Origin: Leucoraja ocellata
Taxonomy: Eukaryota
Direction of reading: 5' to 3'
DNA length: 64,000 nucleotides
NCBI GenBank assembly: GCA_036785375.1
Contig: JAWMAR010000166.1
Span: forward strand, 5,146,001-5,210,000
Each line of letters begins with the position of its first letter. Position 1 is the first letter of the stretch. This document shows, piece after piece, positions 25,981-38,366 of the stretch. The position numbers and the translations under genes are program-made. The notes under the pieces are model-generated. The model was given only the letters and a program-made list of their open reading frames with translations, made no database searches and was not told where the DNA came from.

Positions 25981-26500
25981 TTCTTGCCATAGAGGGAGTG
26001 CAGAGAAGGTTTACCTGACTGATTCCTGGGATGTCAGGACTTTCATATGAAGAAAGACTGGGTAGACTCGGCTTGTACTCGCTAGAATTTAGAAGATTGA
26101 GGGGGGATTTTATAGAAACTTACACCATTCTTAAGGGGTTGGACAGGCTAGATGCAGGAAGATTGTTCCCGATGTTGGGGGAATTCCAGGACAAGGGGTC
26201 ACAGTTTAAGGATAAGGGGGAAATCTTTTAGGACCAAGATGAGGAAAACATTTTTCACACAGAGAGTGGTGAATCTCTGGAATTCTCTGCCACAGAAGGT
26301 AGCTGAGGCCAGTTCATTGGCTATATTTAAGAGGGAGTTAGATGTGGCCCTTGTGGCTAAAGGGATCAAGGTGTATGGAGAGAAGGCAGGTACAGGATAC
26401 TGAGTTGGATGATCAGCCATGATCATATTGAATGGCTGTGCAGGCTCGAAGGGCCGAATGGCCTACTCCTGCACCTAATTACTACGTTTCTATGTTTCTA
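25981..26500 (+). mobile_element. Young CR1/HER1 LINE 3' fragment
   Basis: MSGLSYEERLGRLGLYSLEFRRLRGD...FFTQRVVNLWNSLPQ, ending in a (TTTCTATG)-type tail. Confidence 0.92.
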
Positions 26501-26844
26501 TACAGCTAATGGCCAGACAACCACAGGAGTGCAAACAAGAGTACTTAAATAATATGCTTTGCAAATATGAAAGTAGGCAGCACCAAGGAACGCATTTTTT
26601 TGTACATCTATTGAGTTACACCAGATGTACAGTACAGAAGCAGTCCATTCTGACCAACTGTTCTGTGCTGGTGTTTGTGGTCCACATGATCTCCCTCACA
26701 TTCCTCATTGCAACTCGGGTTAGAATGAACTCCCTGTAAATGTTGACCATTGATGCGAATGGTCTGACAAGCAGTGAAGCAGATAAAGGGACTTTCAAAG
26801 CTAAATATAATTTGCGAGTCAGGGTCCGTTAATTAGGATTAAAT

Positions 26845-27325
26845 GGCAGCACAGTGATACAGCAGATAGAGCTGTTGACTGACTCTTCCAGAGACGCAGG
26901 CTCAATCCTGATCTTTGGTGGTGATCCTTGTGACCATGTGGGTTTTCATAAGATCATAAGTGATAGGAGCAGAATTAGGCCATTAGGCTCATCATGTCCA
27001 CTCCACCATTCAATCATGGGTGATCTATCTCTCCTTCCTTACCCAATTCTCCTGCCTTTTCCCCCCATAACATCTGATACTCGTAAATCAATAATCCATG
27101 GGTGCTCTGATTTCCTCTCATCTCAAAGACATGCTGGTAGAATAATTGGCTACTGGAAGTTACATCCAGTGTAAGTAAGTGGCAGAAGAATCAAAGAGGA
27201 GTGGATGGGCATGTGAAACAGGCCATGTTACAGTAAAGGGGAATAGGACTGATGGGATTGTTCAGCTAGGATCTAGTATGGACATGATGGGTTGAATGTC
27301 CTTCTTCTAGACTGTAATAAATAAG
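26845..27325 (+). mobile_element. HE1-like SINE interrupted by an antisense CR1 tail fragment (about 26950-27085)
   Basis: tRNA-like head ggcagcacagtg..., V-domain split by a gataggagcagaattaggccatt segment. Confidence 0.65.
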
Positions 27326-28020
27326 GGATAAACTTCAGTCAATGAGATGGCCCATTCACTCACGACCCAATGGATTTACCCAGGAAAAATGTAGACAAAA
27401 CACTATAAGGAAAGATTAATAAATGTGTTGATACCCAAATAAAGATGTCCCAGTACCCTAGAATGAACAAAGTATTGTTGTAGTCTAAGGTAGACAAAAA
27501 TGCTGGAGAAACTCAGCAGGTGAGGCAGCATTTATGGAGCGAAGGAAACGTTTTGGGTCGAAACCCTTCTTCAGTCTAGTGAGTTTAGAGTAAATATAGG
27601 AAATGTGGCAGCTAATTTGTGCAAAGCTAATCCTCGCAAACACTAATGCGATAATCCATTGTTGAAATGTTGATTTAAAGACAAATATTGCTCAGAGTAG
27701 CAGAGAGATTTATTTCGTTGAAACTGTACATCCAGTTTAGATAGCAGATGGGGCCCTTGGTTTAACATGACAATGACAATTAAAAATTGAATCTGAACAT
27801 AGATTCAAATCAGCCACATCTGATCGTGCGGCACTCCCACACTAGAATGTCACTGAAAGATTGTAAGTCCCATTCCAGTGAATCCTCTATAGTAGAGTAC
27901 AGTTTTAAAGTAGAACTATTAAAATTGTGACATGTTGTTGGACCGCAGGCCTATTCCCAATCACAAAAGACACAAGGAACCACAGATGCTGGAATCCTGA
28001 ACAAAATACAACGTGTTGGA

Positions 28021-28648
28021 ATAGCAAAAGGATTTGAGTATAGGAGCAGGGAGGTTCTACTGCAGTTGTATAGGGTCTTGGTGAGACCACACCTGGAGTA
28101 TTGCGTACAGTTTTGGTCTCCAAATCTGAGGAAGGACATTATTGCCATAGAGGGAGTGCAGAGAAGGTTCACCAGACTGATTCCTGGGATGTCAGGACTG
28201 TCTTATGAAGAAAGACTGGATAGACTTGGTTTATACTCTCTAGAATTTAGGAGATTGAGAGGGGATCTTATAGAAACTTACAAAATTCTTAAGGGGTTGG
28301 ACAGGGTAGATGCAGGAAGATTGTTCCCGATGTTGAGGAAGTCCAGGACAAGGGGTCACAGCTTAAGGATAAGGGGGAAATCCTTTAAAACTGAGATGAG
28401 AAAAACTTTTTTCACACAGAGAGTGGTGAATCTCTGGAACTCTCTGCCACAGAGGGTAGTCGAGGCCAGTTCATTGGCTATATTTAAGAGGGAGTTAGAT
28501 GTGGCCCTTGTGGCTAAGGGGATCAGAGGGTATGGAGAGAAGGCAGGTACGGGATACTGAGTTGGATGATCAGCCATGATCATATTGAATGGCGGTGCAG
28601 GCTCGAAGGGCCGAATGGCCTACTCCTGCACCTAATTTCTATGTTTCT
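28021..28648 (+). mobile_element. Young CR1/HER1 LINE 3' fragment nested in a Penelope-derived repeat
   Basis: Open ORF 28066-28560 LYRVLVRPHLEYCVQFWSPNLRKDIIAIEGVQRRFTRLIPGM... The host repeat reads cagatgctggaatc...gttgga | taactcag...ggcagcat on either side. Confidence 0.93.
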
Positions 28649-29861
28649 AATAACTCAGTTGGTCCGGCAGCATTTCTGGGAGGAATGGATAGGCGATGTT
28701 TTGGGTCACACTATCTCCCCACGAATGCATTGGCCAGTTTTACCGAGAATAGAATTGGGATCTGGCCAAATTATCGCCTCCGAGGGTAATTCAGCCATTG
28801 ATCCTGCTCAAGGGAATCAAATAGGGATTTCTTCAGGAAAAGGCACTGGGAGAATGCTGCTGTGCGCAAGGCCTTCAGCTGGTGGTTGGGGCCTTCTCTT
28901 TCATTCATGCATCGATTCCATTGTGCCAGGTGTGTGTGCACTAGCATTGGTGACAGAAGAGAGTTTTACTCCATTGGGTAAGGGGAAAAATCATGGGTGA
29001 AACATCAAACTTGCCATTTCTCCCTCTCATGGGTCAAACATAGACGAGGAGGAGAGTGGAGGAATAACTGATACATGATCCATCAGATCATTCAGTTAAC
29101 ATAATCATTCAGCTTTTGTAAACCAATATCTGCAGATCCTTGTTCCTACAGGAGGAAGGTATTTGGCACATTTAGCCTGTGCCAGCTTTGAAAGAACATT
29201 TTACTTAATTTTACTCCCTGTTCTTGCAGTCAACTCCATCATGTTTCTGTCTTCAAGAAATTCTTCTCTTTAATTTGCCCAATAATCTTTCAGGTAGTAT
29301 CCTCCCGATGATGACAGCTTACTTTGTGAGAAAAAAAAACAAACTTTCTTCATCCCCTCCTATGGTTCATTTGCCTTAGACCAATACCATCTGATCATTG
29401 ACGAAATTCCCGAAATTTTGTATCAGAATCCTCCAGGATATTGAACGTGAATCTTCCTGTGACCTTCTGTTCTCCAAGGAGAACTTGCCCCAGCTTCCTC
29501 ACATCCCTGGTACCATGCTCACAATCCTCATCTGAAGCCTTGCCCCAGACCATGACATCCTTCCTCAAGCCTGGTGCTCAGAATGGAACACAATGTTCCT
29601 GCAGAGACATTACAGTGTCTCATCAAGGTTCAGCAGAACTTCCTTGCGTTAGTACACTGCCGTTATTATTAGTAAAGCCAATGTACCTGTATGCCCCCTT
29701 CACAGCCTTCCCAACTTGTCCCGACACCTTCACAGATCTGAGACGGCACCTCCTGGGCTCTGTGCTTCCAGACCCCTGACACCTCCACGTCTCTCTGCTC
29801 CCTGGACCCTTCCTCTAATGTTGTACCATTTCGACTACACAGACCCCCCTCTGCCACTCAC

Positions 29862-29963
29862 CCGCTACCTCCTCCGTGCCGTCCTCCCCTTTCATCGTCT
29901 CCTTCCTTTGTGAGCAGAGAGTCGGAAGGTCGGGAATCCGAGAAAAATCGTAATTCAGTGCAT
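29862..29963 (-). CDS. PALM2: Paralemmin-2 internal coding exon (102 nt, symmetric phase 1-1)
   Basis: Pyrimidine-rich acceptor ...ccccaaacag|ATGCACTG and donor GCGG|gtgagt. Translates DALNYDFSRIPDLPTLCSQRKETMKGEDGTEEVA versus recalled human DAVNYISSQLPDLPILCSR... Confidence 0.92.
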
Positions 29964-30519
29964 CTGTTTGGGGAGGGGAGGGGGCTGGTTGGTGGGAAAG
30001 GAAATGGGAAAACAAAATGACTGGCAGGGCTACGAGACTTGCTGCTGATGTAGCAGAGTCCTCGGGAGTAGTGTATTAGAGCAGAACAATAAAAATCAGC
30101 AGCCGCACCAGCCTTTTTTTTTGCACTGAACAGCTGGATCAGAGGAAACAATGAACAGGATCACAATCCCATGATTGGCGTTAAATAGGGTAGCTGAGGC
30201 AGGAAATATCGAGGCTCGCCTGCAAGCCGCTGAACATTTAATTCAATCAGTGTTTCCAGGTTTTGAATAGGGCTCGTCGGCACTCCCACGTCGCAGCCCT
30301 TTGATTATAGCAACATTTGCAGAGAGAAAATCCAATGGGGCTCCAAAAACAAACTGTTCCAATGTGTAAAGCACCTGAACCGTCACACAGGCAAAGCAAA
30401 AAGAATCTCCTTTCACCGCTTCTCAAATTGTTTTTTACTGTCATTACTTTTATAATGAACAAGACGTTCCCACAAATAGCAGCGTCATATTCATTTTTTA
30501 CAATATTTTGCTTCCTCGT

Positions 30520-30855
30520 GGCATGGAAAGGGTCATTCGGCCCATCAAGTCCATCCTGGCCCTTAGCGGAATCCCAACCCCTCTATTTATTTCCCTGTGA
30601 CCTATCCTCTCTCACGCGGCCATCAAACCCCATCCCAAAATTCATTTATCACCGACCTAATTTACAACAGCTGATTAACCTAGCAACCTGCACGCTTTTG
30701 ACGATGGGGGAGGAAACTGAAGCAGGCAGGGGAAGAGCATATGGGTACAGAGAGAACATGCAAGCTCCACACAGACAACATAGGAGACCAGGATTGAACC
30801 TGCGTCGCTGGAGCTGTGAGACAGCAGCACTAACTGCTGCACCACTCTGTTGCCC
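30520..30855 (-). mobile_element. HE1-like V-SINE, diverged
   Basis: gagaacatgcaagctccacacagac...ggattgaacctgcgtcgctggagctgtgagacagcagcactaac. Confidence 0.75.
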
Positions 30856-31729
30856 TTGGAGCACATGTGAAAGTGAAAGAATGGGAAAAAATGTAAGGTT
30901 GATTGAAGGGGTAACTAATATCTTGGTGATTTGTGGAGCATCCCTCTGCATTCCCTCAGTATAGTGCCAAGGTATCTCTCTGGGCCATTTGAAGGAACAG
31001 ATCCACTACACTCTGAGGAACTGCATGTAAGGCAGTCCACATTCTCTCTCTCTCTACAGTCATAAAATGCTGCCTGGGTCTATGTGTGGGACTTGAAACC
31101 GCATTCATCTGATTCAGGCAGATGCGCCACCCACTGTACCACAGCCAATATCATGATATAGTTTCCAACTCTTTCTCATAATTAATTGTGGATCTCGACA
31201 TTGCATTTCCTCAAATTCTGGAACACAAACCACTGTGTTGTGGTTGTGTGATGATCAATTTTGGTGCAAATCTGATAATGTAAAACACTGCTCCCTGGTA
31301 GGATTCTGCCACAGTTCTGCTGGAACGTAGTAGGTTTTGACATGATTTCGGAACCATCACATATTTTGTGCTGTGGAATGCCTGAATTTCCTGCTGTGAT
31401 GTTTGAATGCACAATGCAATGATGAATGGCTCTCCCATGGGACAGCACATTAACACAAATGGTCCAAATGCCTTGGCCAAGATTTGAATGAATGGTCTAA
31501 CTATCATCTATCTGAGCTCAAGTCCCACTTGTCAATTGTGATTCTTGACATCAAATATTATTAATAACAACTACATCTAGGGTATTGTGTTATAGGTCTG
31601 TGTTACTGCATTAGAAATTCACATATATTAAGATAGGGGTGGGGATGGGGTGAGGCAGGGAGAGGTAAGTGATAGAATATTAGGACTGAACAAAAACACC
31701 TTGGCTCAGGTGACAGATTTTAAAGTCTG

Positions 31730-32301
31730 TCGATCGTTGACAAATAAAAAAGTTATGAATGTTTAAAAAATCTTGAGATCAGCTGATTGGTCCTCTCTCT
31801 GTTAATCACCATGATGAAGGTAACACCCCTTCCTGGGGGGGGGGGGGGGAGGGGGCAGAAGTATAAAGCCCAAATGGTATGACATTGCATTTGAATTTGG
31901 TGGCCTGCACTCTGCTTGAAATGGTCAATCAACTCCCAGCCTACCAGCCGTGAGTGAACTGCCAGCTCAACAGCCATGAGTCAGTCAACTGCCAGCCCCA
32001 CCAGGCCTGAGTGACTGAGCTGCCAGCCCCACCAGGCCTGAGTGACTGAGCTGCCAGCCACACCAGGCCTGAGTGACTGAGCTGCCAGCCCAAGAATCCA
32101 TTTGGCCCACAATACCATACTAGCCCTCTGGAAACTAGTCCCTTCGGCTTACAACACCCAAACTAGCGCTCCAGAAAGCCACCCCCCCCCCCCCCCACCC
32201 ACTGGCCACCAATATTGGAATTGGTGGAGAGGTGGAATATTGCATTGGGGGACCAGCCCTCCTGTGTGAACATGGGACCCAACGGGTCCCACTTAATCTA
32301 G
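31730..32301 (+). mobile_element. Putative non-autonomous Helitron-like element with internal 31-bp tandem repeat
   Basis: 3' end TGGGACCC-AAC-GGGTCCCA hairpin, then CTTAAT-CTAG|T. Three or more copies of CTGCCAGCCCCACCAGGCCTGAGTGACTGAG at about 31989-32090. The 5' boundary is uncertain. Confidence 0.5.
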
Positions 32302-34050
32302 TTAGTTAAATATAGATATGCTGGAAAATAAGTTATTTTACTGGAGGAGCAATCCAGAGACAGAGTCTAAGGACCAGTACAAGTTCAATTTCGTGCTGCA
32401 CTGTACTATGTTCTATGAATGGGACCAGAGAATCACTGTAATATCACAACACTCAAGTCATTAACACCATCTTCAGGAGATGTACTGTGCATCTGTTCAT
32501 GGCATGATGCCACACATGGTAGTGTTTGACTCTTAATAGTCGAACAAGGACAACAAGGGTTGTTCAGTAAAAGCTGTCTTTGAGTAAAACCCACACCCTG
32601 TGAGTGAATTAAAAGTTACATTCTGCATGAAACCTTGGGCTCTCCAAATATAAGTGGTTGTGTTGTGCACCAGATGTTGCTTCCAGCCACTGGGGAACAA
32701 TATAGCGTTTGTGTACAAAGGGACCATATCACCGGAACTGTTATCTCAAAGAATATCTTGTCAACAAATGTACGTTTTGATAAAATATGTGTTCCCGCTG
32801 TTATTCACCGGGTCTGTTGTAATTTGATACACCTTATTTGCCAGTTAGTGTTTACAAAGTGGAGCAACTTAAAGTTACTTAGCATCTTCTAAAAGTGCAG
32901 GATAGTGAATGTTATTCAATCCCTCCAGAGAGGGTTTTTATTATCCAGGCTGATTATCACTCTACCTAAATAGTAAAAGGGCTGTTGACTCAAATAGTTA
33001 GGATGGGATCCACGTGATGCTAAAACTTTAGGTCTGATCCTCACACTGAAAGCTATCCATTGTTTCTTCATATAAACACAATGGCTGTGACAGCAAAACT
33101 CCAGCAGCAAATTACTCATCCCCCTGGATGACCAAGCCCTTTCTACCAAGCCAGGGGTGTCAGGGAATCAATCCCTCGCCTGGCACACATCTTGAAACCC
33201 ATTTCAACCCATTCAATTGGCCCTCCAGCCACCAGCATCAACATTTTCACTCTCCACCACCAGAACACTTTGCATGCACTATCTGCAAAATGTACTGCAG
33301 CTATTTGACAGCAGCTTCCAAACCAAACACCTCTATTGTTTGGAAGGACCAGCATTGCAGCTGAAAGGGAGCAGGTACCACTGCAAGGTGCAACATCCTG
33401 ACTTGGAACTGTAGCAACATTCCTTCTTCATCAATGATTCAGAATCCCTCTATCAACCAGCAAAACAGGAACAGCATCACCAGGAAGACTGCAACAGCTG
33501 ACCAATGTTGTCTCGTGGGGAATTAAGGATGGGCAATAAGTGGTCTTATTAACACAGTCCACCTCTCTTAAATGCATAAATAATTAGAACTATTGAAACG
33601 GTCCTCGGGACCAAGGGACTTAAAATGTAGCCTGTGAAAATTACACAAAGCATCAGTCAAAAATATCTGTTGTATCAAAAAGTTCTTATTAATAAAATAA
33701 TTTATTAGGTTCAATCCTAATCTTAGGTGCAGTCCACAGGACTTTGTACTTCCTCGTTGTGTTCATGTAGATTTCATCCGGGTGTCCCAATTTCCTCCCA
33801 TCTCCCGTAGCCCTGTGTGGGCGAGTAGATTAATTGACCACTGTAGATTGCCCTAGTGTGTGGGTAAGTGATAGAATCTTGGAGTAGTTGATGAAGATGT
33901 CGGGAGAACAAGAAATGGGATTGACATTGGGTTTGTGTAAATGGGTGGTTGATGGTAAGCACAGATTCGAGGGCTGAAGGGCCTGTTTCTATGCTCTATC
34001 CATCAACAACTTTCTGTTCACAAAAGAACAGCTCCTCTCTTGAACTACCT

Positions 34051-34180
34051 CTGAAGAAGGGTCTTGACCTGAAACGTCACCTATTTCTTCTATCCAGAGT
34101 TGCTGCCTGTCCCGCTGAGTTACTCCAGCATCTTGTGTCTATCTTCAGTGTAAACCAACATCTGCAGTTCCTGCCTACAT
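34051..34180 (+). mobile_element. Penelope-derived terminal repeat with hammerhead-like core
   Basis: CTGAAGA-A-GGGTCTTGACCT-GAAACGTC plus the family tail. Confidence 0.75.
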
Positions 34181-34454
34181 ATCTCTGAATGACCTTGCAA
34201 AGGAACATGCCAGCCTTGCACAAGCACCACTGAACTATACCTGGGCACACTTTAAATCAACTAGTATTGGAACTGAGCCTGACTGAGGCAGAGGCAAGAA
34301 ATGAGTGCAGACCTTGAGAAGCATTGAACGCGAGGTTGCTGAATGCAGTCTGATTCAATAGGACGGGACGTCGGAAGCAGTAACAGGAATATCCGCGAAC
34401 CAGTTTTCCAATTCAATAACATCATGCTTAATCCAGCACAAGTCTTAAGAAATT

Positions 34455-35028
34455 CAACTCTCACCAACTTCTACAGATGCACCATAGGAAGCATTTTATG
34501 GGGATGCCTCACAGCAAGGTTTGGGACCAGTTTCATCCAAGATTGCAAAAATTGTAGACAGTTGTGGACAGAGCCCAGCCCATCACGCAAACTATCCTTC
34601 CTTCCATTGACTCCATCTACAGTTCACGCTGCCTAGGCACAGCCACCAGCAAATCAAGGGCGAGTCTCGCCCGAGTCATTCCCTCTTCTCCCCTCTCCCA
34701 TTAGACAAGAGGTATACGTTTGAAAACGCATGCCCCCAGTTTCATTGCCAATTTCTTCCCAGCTATTTATCAGGCAACTGAACCATCGTATCACCACCTA
34801 GAGAGCTGTCCTGCCTACCATCTACCTCATAGGAGACCATCGGAATATCTTTAGTTGAACTTTACTGCATTTTTTTAAACTCTAAACATTATACCCTTTA
34901 TCCTGTATCTGTACACAATGCACAGCTTGATTATGTATGGTCTTTCCGTTGACTGGATAGCAACCATCAACAAAAACTTTTCACTGTACCTCTGTACACA
35001 TGATAATAATAAACTAAACTAAACTAAA
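34455..35028 (+). mobile_element. Rex-Babar LINE 3' fragment
   Basis: TLTNFYRCTIGSILWGC.TA.FG remnant, 3' UTR and (AAACT)n tail. Confidence 0.8.
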
Positions 35029-36701
35029 CATTGTTGATTTTTCTGTCTGGTCTCTATCTCCACTGATTGTCTTTGTGGGCCTAATTTTATTGATCCATCT
35101 GAAATATTGCAATGGGAGATTGGTAAGCTAAATAGTTCTAAAGATTGGCCAATCTCTGAGTAAATGAGTTCTCCATACCTCATTCCTATACAACCAATGC
35201 TTTTCTTGGTACTATGCCCTCCCAGACTCTCCAACTTGAGGAAACTGGCTTTTATCATCTATCTAATCAACAGCATTCGTTCATTTGCACCCACCATATT
35301 CCCTGCACTGCCAGCACTACCATTGAACTCAGCCACTGTCACATTGCAGGGACAGGGGAAGTCTGTTTGTGCACACAGAAGCAGTTGCTTATTATATTGC
35401 TTCTTTAGTGCTATTGGTTAAAGGGTAATTATTGACCTGGATATTGACGTAGAAGAATCCGTTCAAATCTTCAAAATAGTGCTGTGAGGTCTTTTACAGA
35501 CATTTGAGATGGCAGCAGGGTCCTTGTTTGCAAGGTGTCACAGTGGATACTGTGGTGCTCCTTTAATATACCACTCGGAGTGTCAGTATAGACTGCATTC
35601 AGATCTCTTGAGGTGAACCAACAGTGTCCTGATTCAGAGACAGGAAACCATGATATCAAGTACACCAATTCCAACTATTCACTTATCCATGGGTTGACCC
35701 AAATGCATTATCATTAGCAACTGTGATAGATTCAAATATAATTAAGGGTTGGTCAAGAGGTGAGATGGTATGGTTCAAATAATTGAAGCAAACAAAATTA
35801 TCGTAGGGATATCCTAGATTGCCCTCATGACTCTCACTGCTTGACTTGGTTGGAAACACTTTTCTAACAACCCTGTTACAAAACCAAAAATGACTCAAAC
35901 TACTGTCTTTTTACAGGCAGATGTGGTATACTTGAAATACCATCTCTTCTTTAATTGCTGATACTCACAGTGTCAGCAGCAATAGATTGTATTATTAAAT
36001 CTAACCATAAAAGTTCCATTGAGTTGGAATGATGTTTATGACCTTTGGAGTGCCAAAATTGCATTAAACTAAGCAACTGAAACCATGTATTGTTAAGAGC
36101 GCCATGTACTCAATCTATAATGTCATAAAGAATTGTTAGCCATTCTGAATATTTACCATCAACGATTTATAAACTAGTCATTGTTATAACTTTCTTAATT
36201 TCAAATTCTTTGCTCAGAGTTGCAATGTTTTAATACCAGTTTTATTCTTATGATTTGGACAAATATTTATCATATTGAGGTCAGTAACGAACATCGCAAG
36301 ATGCCATAACAACAATATGGTTGGAAAAGGGAAGTCAATTTGGAGGCAGCAAATACCTACGAAAAGTACTTATACTGACTAGCAAGGTGCCAGAGCAACA
36401 ACATGCATACATGTAGCTCCTTTACTAAAGTAAAACATTGCAGGGTATTTCATGTGGGCAAGATTTTACACCGAATGGATTAGGAGCTGTTGGGCTGGGT
36501 GAATGACAGCTAGTTTAAGAGAAGGTTTTGACGATCATATTGAAGTTATTTAATGGTGGGAGTAGACAGATTTAGGGAGGGAATGCCAGAGCTTGGTTTC
36601 TGGGCAAATGAAAGCATGGCCACCAATGTCAGAATGATGAAAACCAGGAACATACGTCAGAATTAGACAGATGTTAAGTTTTTGAAGGGCAATAAACTCG
36701 G

Positions 36702-36847
36702 NNNNNNNNNNNNNNNNNNNNNNNNNNNNNNNNNNNNNNNNNNNNNNNNNNNNNNNNNNNNNNNNNNNNNNNNNNNNNNNNNNNNNNNNNNNNNNNNNNN
36801 NNNNNNNNNNNNNNNNNNNNNNNNNNNNNNNNNNNNNNNNNNNNNNN
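36702..36847. other. Assembly gap (146 N)
   Basis: Run of n characters. Confidence 1.
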
Positions 36848-38344
36848 TCCAAGTGCAAGTTTTGAAAATAAATTATGCCAATGCAGGTGAGTGAACACAT
36901 GAGTGAGGAATTTTCTGGGTTTGGGATTAACAAAAAAATGGATACATTTGGTTGTATTCCATTTTCAATGCATAAACATTGGACTCGGCTCCATTTAGGG
37001 TACTGCAGTACTTAGAGGGACAGGGGGTGCTCATTTATACAGGGTATATTCTATATCAATGCCAAGCCAATTCACCAATTGTTTACTTATTATCTGAACT
37101 GCCCTGTATGGGCCTTACAATAGATCTGGCACAGAAAGGACGGAGAAATGTCGACAGTAGGTCATAAAATTCTCAGGTTAGTTTTTGAGGAGGCTTTTGT
37201 TATCACAAGACACCTAATGAAACAAACATCACCTGTTGTGAGAAGATCATCAGGTTGCTGAATTTTGTGCTGGTTTGCCCGAAACTTTTTGGACTTCCTT
37301 TGAGGACAATTTCATTTGATAAATGTGGCCACTAGCATATTCCAAGGTATGTGGTGAGGGACACACATAAGAGTCAGCTCTGTGGGGAAGGATCACAGTC
37401 TAGGGTCCCGCCACCACTGGACACTGACGTTATGGATCCTATATTTGAAATCTGTCAGGTGCTTCATAGATTCCTTGCTTATGGAGGATGCATGAGTGGC
37501 ACTGATGCATTACAAGAAAATGTATGAATGGATGGCATAATGAATATAAAAAAATGCATTTACTGATAATATTTCTGCTATACATTTTGAATAAGGCACA
37601 TTACAAAAAGTCACAGAACACCTTATCTAACAGCACTGCAGGAATACCACTTCCGCAAGGCCTACTGAGGTTCATAAGGCAACTTTTAACCTGCCTCCCA
37701 AAGGGAATTGCTGATAGATATATAAATGCTGTTAAGCCAGCAACACTCACTGTCTGCACTTTCAATGACCAAGATCAGAGGGGTTGTGGGGAAGAACCAC
37801 AAATAGTAAGGACCGAAGAATCTAGGGAAAGCATTCAGGGTCTGTACAATGTGGCAAATGCCCTCCCACTGGCAATCAAGTGATGATGTTACATTATATA
37901 GTGAGAAGAAAAGGTATGTGCCAAAGCTCCTCAAGACAACTACATCTTTCATTAATATTGTCCACTTCCTTATCCAAGCCTTCATCCCTTGATTTTCTTA
38001 TATATCAATCTCTGTGTCCTGAATATACCCAACCACTGAGTGTATGGAGGTAGATAATTTAAGTCTCAGAAACCTTGGATTGCATCTTAATATTACAAAA
38101 TTATATAAATTTTAGAAACATGAATAGCATTTAATTTATTAATATTTAATTGATAATATCAATACAGAATTAGAAGGGGCCTATGTAATTTGCACTGGTT
38201 ATTCCCCTTTTAGAGCTGTGTTGTGCAAGTGTGTTCACTTAGTGAAGGTGATGTGTACAACTGCAGTCCCCATTTATACCACCGACAATTGTACATCCCT
38301 TGCAAACCAAAATGTCTTAAACCCAGTATGAAAAGCTTACTCAC

Positions 38345-38366
38345 CCCCATCAGGTTTGGAGAAACT
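38345..38366 (-). CDS. PALM2: Paralemmin-2 22-nt microexon (SFSKPDG + 1 nt)
   Basis: tttattttatttcacag|AGTTTCTCCAAACCTGATGGGG|gtgagt. Corresponds to recalled human GFSSTDG. Phase 0 in and phase 1 out joins the flanking exons in frame. Not in the ORF track. Confidence 0.9.

Noticed and set aside
30317-30964. 215-aa plus-strand ORF
   Set aside because: Mostly an antisense read through an HE1-like SINE, with no recognisable domain.
31989-32090. 31-bp repeats as a CRISPR-like array
   Set aside because: Head-to-tail tandem units without spacers, in eukaryotic DNA.
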